Origin: Azolla caroliniana
Lineage: Eukaryota; Plantae; Polypodiophyta
Reading direction: 5' to 3'
DNA: 64,000 nucleotides
Assembly (NCBI GenBank): GCA_043228905.1
Contig: JBHGNT010000009.1
Span: 2,542,001 to 2,606,000 of the forward strand
The notes beneath the pieces are model-generated. The model had not been told where the DNA came from, searched no databases, and was given only the letters and a program-made list of their open reading frames with translations. Position numbers and translations under genes: made by a program. How positions within the stretch are numbered: position 1 is the first letter of the stretch; each line of letters starts with the position of its first letter. This document shows positions 59,967-64,000 of the stretch, piece after piece.

Positions 59967-62735
59967 TGAACGCAAAATTGGAAGAGAAGAGAGCACTCTG
60001 TCTGGAGTCCAGCACAATGTAAGAACTTCTTCACTATATTCTGCAAAGTTTTGTTTTTCAAGAATAATCCATGCTAGTCACCACGAAAAAATCAGGAGAA
60101 AACCCTTAAAACTCTTTTGCAGTTGACTATGGTGTTTTTTATACGATGAGCAAAGTTAGCACTTAATTTTACATAAGTTCTCCAGATTTTTGTTGTGTCA
60201 ACAAGAAGCTCATTCCATTAACTTAGAAAAAATGGCCGTAAGGGCCACATTCTCCATGAGATGATAACAAAACAATATAATGGGAATCAAGTCTCATTAT
60301 GGAAGTACTGTGCAAAATTGAATTTTTAAAACACAGGAGGATCACTTATTTTTATCAATTTGATATTTTTTATAAACAAAACAAAGTTCTTCTGTTATCT
60401 GAATGGATTAGTCATTCCAAATTACATTTTGTTGTTCCCTCATTTCAAATACATTGGTACTTATCCTCTTCCTCTGGTCATTCCTTTGATTGTTAGTGGC
60501 ATCTAACGATTGTCATCAAACCTATTCAACATTAACGGTATTGGAATGCTCCATTTAATGAGACCAATGGAAGTGCCCCAGAACACAGATGTTTTTATAT
60601 CATGGAAAATCCGTAGTGGTAATCTACCTGTGAAATGAAGTATTATCGGATTCTTAAACCTATTTGTATTTTACTGAATGGAAACTTTGGGGTTGGTTCC
60701 AACTCAAAGGTGCACAGTTTTGTCATTCATAAACTGATTCATATGAATGAATGAAGTATTTTGTGTACCTCTGTGGAACCATTTAATGCCTGATGTCAAG
60801 AGATACTCACATGCACCAGTTAATGAAGTAATTATGACTGGCTTGAACTTTGAAACCCTTGAAAAGGAATGTCTGAACTCTTGCTCAGAATGTTTCAAAC
60901 ATGTTTGTGTCCTTAGAGACTCTAAAAAATGCAACTAAAACTTTGATTGAGGATGTTAACAACTTATCGTATGATACCATCAAAGTGACAATTAGGGATC
61001 GGAAGGAATCTGCACATTATGGCTGAATACAAACTGATTGCCATTGAGATTTTTGAAAACCAGCAACTATATCGAGTGAAAGGTAGGAGGGTTTATAATC
61101 TACCTTTATTTGACAATTAAAGAGCAATTATATTCTAAGAGATGAATATTTTACATGTTATACCAACACCTGGTTGTTCATCAATAAGGGAGGAACTGTA
61201 CCTAAAGTTCTATTTTCAACTGAAAGACGTAATTGTGCATTTTAAACCAATATGTCTTCCCAGAAGGCTTCTTTTACCTGCTAACGTCCAAGTTAATTTT
61301 CCACGCATGAAATGAAATGGCCATAGTGAGGAAATGTCAATGCATTATCCTGTTGCAGAAATTCAAAGATTTGTCCCATCTTTTCCCCCAATATTGGTAT
61401 GATGCACAGGTTCATCTTCTAGTTGAGAAGTCTATTTTGATTCCATATGGATAAGTGATGTAGGTTTCTTCTTTGTAACAAAGTTTCTCTCATTGTGTCT
61501 TTGGCATTGCAATTTACTCTAATCTTTACGTATGGGGGTGGATGATAGACTAGACTAAATAATGTATTTTAGTATAAGAAGTTGGTTGTTTTATTGGTGT
61601 AATGAATTGTCTGTATTAACAGATCTTTACCATTGGCATAATTATTTTAGTAAAAATGATTGACAACTTTTTGAGTATCAGCATTGATGCTTCTAATTCT
61701 CATTGATCTTATATGTGTGAAATTAGACTTTAGCTTATACGATTCACTTATGAAAAAGAAGTGACTGTTGTGTTTGAGTTTGATTCTTTTGTTTCATTTA
61801 TAGATGGTTTTCATTTTTTGCCAAATGATTTCTGTGTAATGCAGCATAAAACCTTATTGAGTGTCACAATAATTTCTTGATGATACATATTGTGATAGAT
61901 AATGGTCAATCAAAAAAATTGACCACATACAATGCTTGATTATGTGGTCTCAAAAGTACATCAACGAGGTTTGGGTGTTACAATTATTGTTCTTGAACAT
62001 GGTTGACTGCTCCAAATAGACTTATTTTTAGGAGACATCAGATGGAAATGTTGGTTTATTTTCTAGGTACTAATATTGATTTGGGTGACATACAAACACA
62101 TCAATTGTTATTTGTTTAAAGCACAACAGGAAACTTGGGACATAGAATGGGCAATTGCTTGGAGTCATGCAGAAACGTATAGTTTACATATTTGTCAAGT
62201 GCCGTTCGTTTCATGCACAACATCACAACTTGATGGAACATAGAGCAAGCAATTTGTGGAACTTGTGCTACAACTTATTGCATGTATACCGATGAAAGTG
62301 TTTTTCATTTCTCAAGGCCACAATAGCTTGGGGAAACTTTGGGTGACAGATCTTTATGGTGTGGAGGGCTTACCATTATGCATACATACTCATCAAGCAA
62401 CAAATTCTTGTAGTTTATGAGCTTACCATCATAAATACTTATTGTACAAGTACTTAGGGAGAGGCAATGCATAGATATCTAGATACATAGATACATGCCT
62501 TGAGTCGTTTGTGCTACTGTAATCAAAGAGTCAGGCGACCAAAATAAGTTGGGTTACCAAGGGTGTATTTTATAATGGCAAGCTTTTTTAGATAAAAAGA
62601 TTTGTCAATGTAGATTGCACATGCCCTTGGAAACGTGGCTTGCACCATCCATGACTGTGATTTCCTTGTTGGGCCTCATTATGATTTGATTGAAAAATAG
62701 GCACAAACTACATGCATGCATTCATACATATCATT

Positions 62736-63264
62736 TGTTATGCCCCTAGATTATGGGGATCTCAAAACACACGAAACACAGCTGGGACAAGAATGATGAT
62801 TTATATTATAAGAGGGAGACGAGGGATTACAACAATCCCAATGTTGGGAATTAGGATAGACCAACAATATATGAGGGGCTAGAGAGTGTTTCTATATTAC
62901 AATGGGAGAGATAGTAGAACTCAAAGATTAGGAATCATAAAAAATGAGGAGAGGCTCCTCCTTATATAGGCCCAGAAGTGGTTGTTTGGAGGGCTAGCCA
63001 TTGGGATTGGATGGCCCAACCATGGGGGGGCGCCTTATCTACAGTAGGGATTGGGACTGGTTCTTTTCTTGAGTCCCAACTCAGATCGACACTACGTTTT
63101 GATAGGGACTCTCCCCACTCTGTTGGGGGCTCCGTGAGATTGTTCCAACTTTGCGTATGACTCTTTGGGACAGTCCCAACCTTGATTGGCGTTGCTCGGG
63201 TCTGTCCCCACTCATTTTGGAACCACTTTCCAGTTGGGACTGTTTGAGTGCACCACAATTGTCA
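62736..63264 (-). mobile_element. Possible solo LTR
   Basis: TGTTA...GTCA bounded, GC-richer than its flanks, with minus-strand CCTATATAAGGAG followed by CT-rich and TTGTAATC motifs. No clear TSD. Confidence 0.45.
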
Positions 63265-63271
63265 AGATTAT

Positions 63272-63462
63272 ATACATAATACATGTATACATACTTTTTA
63301 TACATTACATAATACATGTATACATACTTTTTATACATTACAATGTTACATAATCCATGTATACATACATACTTTTTATAGATTACAATGTTACATAATC
63401 CATGTATACATACTTTTTATACATTACAATGTTACATAATCCATGTATACATACTTTTATAC
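63272..63462 (+). repeat. About 41-bp minisatellite TACATAATCCATGTATACATACTTTTTATACATTACAATGT x~5
   Basis: Directly visible tandem units. Confidence 0.9.
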
Positions 63463-63563
63463 ATAGAGAGATACACACATATGTACATATATGATATATG
63501 TATACATATTGGAGATGCTGAGAGAAGAAGAGATCATTGCTTGTATTTATTATTTTTTGCTTC

Positions 63564-63871
63564 ATGTCAATTTCAAGATTTGCCCAACAAAACACAGTTT
63601 GCAGGAGGAGAGGAGGATGGACTCTGTTCCTGCACCATGTCATCATTATCCCCACTAAGACTCTTCCTCTGTTGTCTTCCCGACCTTCCATGGATTTCAC
63701 TCGTTGTAATGGAAGTTTGGCACTGTCCCTGTGGGAGAAGAGCAAGTCCCTGTCCATGGCTGCTCTGTATCACCCTTTTGTTGTCTCATTGGCTGCAGAG
63801 AAGCTTAGCCTCAACACTTTCAGGCACTATATCGCTCAAGATGCTTTCTTCTTGCAAGCTTTCTCCACGGC
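63564..63871 (+). CDS. TH2: Bifunctional TH2-like protein (TenA-HAD thiamin monophosphate phosphatase), exon 1 only
   Basis: LWEKSK..ALYHPFVVSLAAEKLSLNTFRHYIAQDAFFLQAFSTA|GTAAG resembles the TenA N-terminus of plant TH2; preceded by a transit-peptide-like leader. Confidence 0.8.
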
Positions 63872-64000
63872 GTAAGTGGTTCTCTGTCCTTCTTCATCGC
63901 GTTCCAACATATAAACTGGAATAGACTTAAAACCCTAAACCTTGTCATTTTTTAGGTTTTAGATTTAGTATGATTATTTTCAAGATTTACATCGATCATG

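Noticed and set aside
60000-62700. Possible genes downstream of the PPR
   Set aside because: Only short ORFs without motifs or a consistent exon chain; treated as UTR or intergenic sequence.
63388-63924. 178-aa ORF
   Set aside because: It starts in the minisatellite and overlaps TH2 exon 1 in another frame, with no domain.

Overview
Eukaryotic land-plant nuclear DNA: AT-rich, with GT-AG introns and microsatellites. The PLS-PPR and retroelement style suggest a fern or other non-seed plant, which is an inference. Positions 1-14.4 kb are a transposon nest. An ORF-intact Ty3/gypsy chromovirus and a young gag-only LTR element (tRNA-Trp PBS, 4-bp TSD, tRNA-like A/B-box module in both LTRs) each sit inside a Ty1/copia gag, which interrupts a decayed L1-type LINE. 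Positions 14.9-27.4 kb are a local segmental duplication with two divergent COMT-type O-methyltransferase genes, an intact Elongin B-like gene and its truncated pseudocopy. The rest holds an RSS3-like (bHLH-MYC_N) gene, hAT-type MITEs, a copia/PPR pseudogene chimera, an LSD1/LOL1 zinc-finger gene with a 6.3-kb TE-filled intron, a PEX11 gene with a probable long N-terminal extension, a single-exon P-class PPR gene behind a telomere-like minisatellite, and exon 1 of TH2 (TenA-HAD). I see no CRISPR arrays, rRNA or bona fide tRNA genes. Exon structures were deduced by eye from splice signals and reading frame; no database searches were run. The most novel-looking candidate is the gag-only LTR element with a tRNA-derived Pol III-type module in its LTRs.
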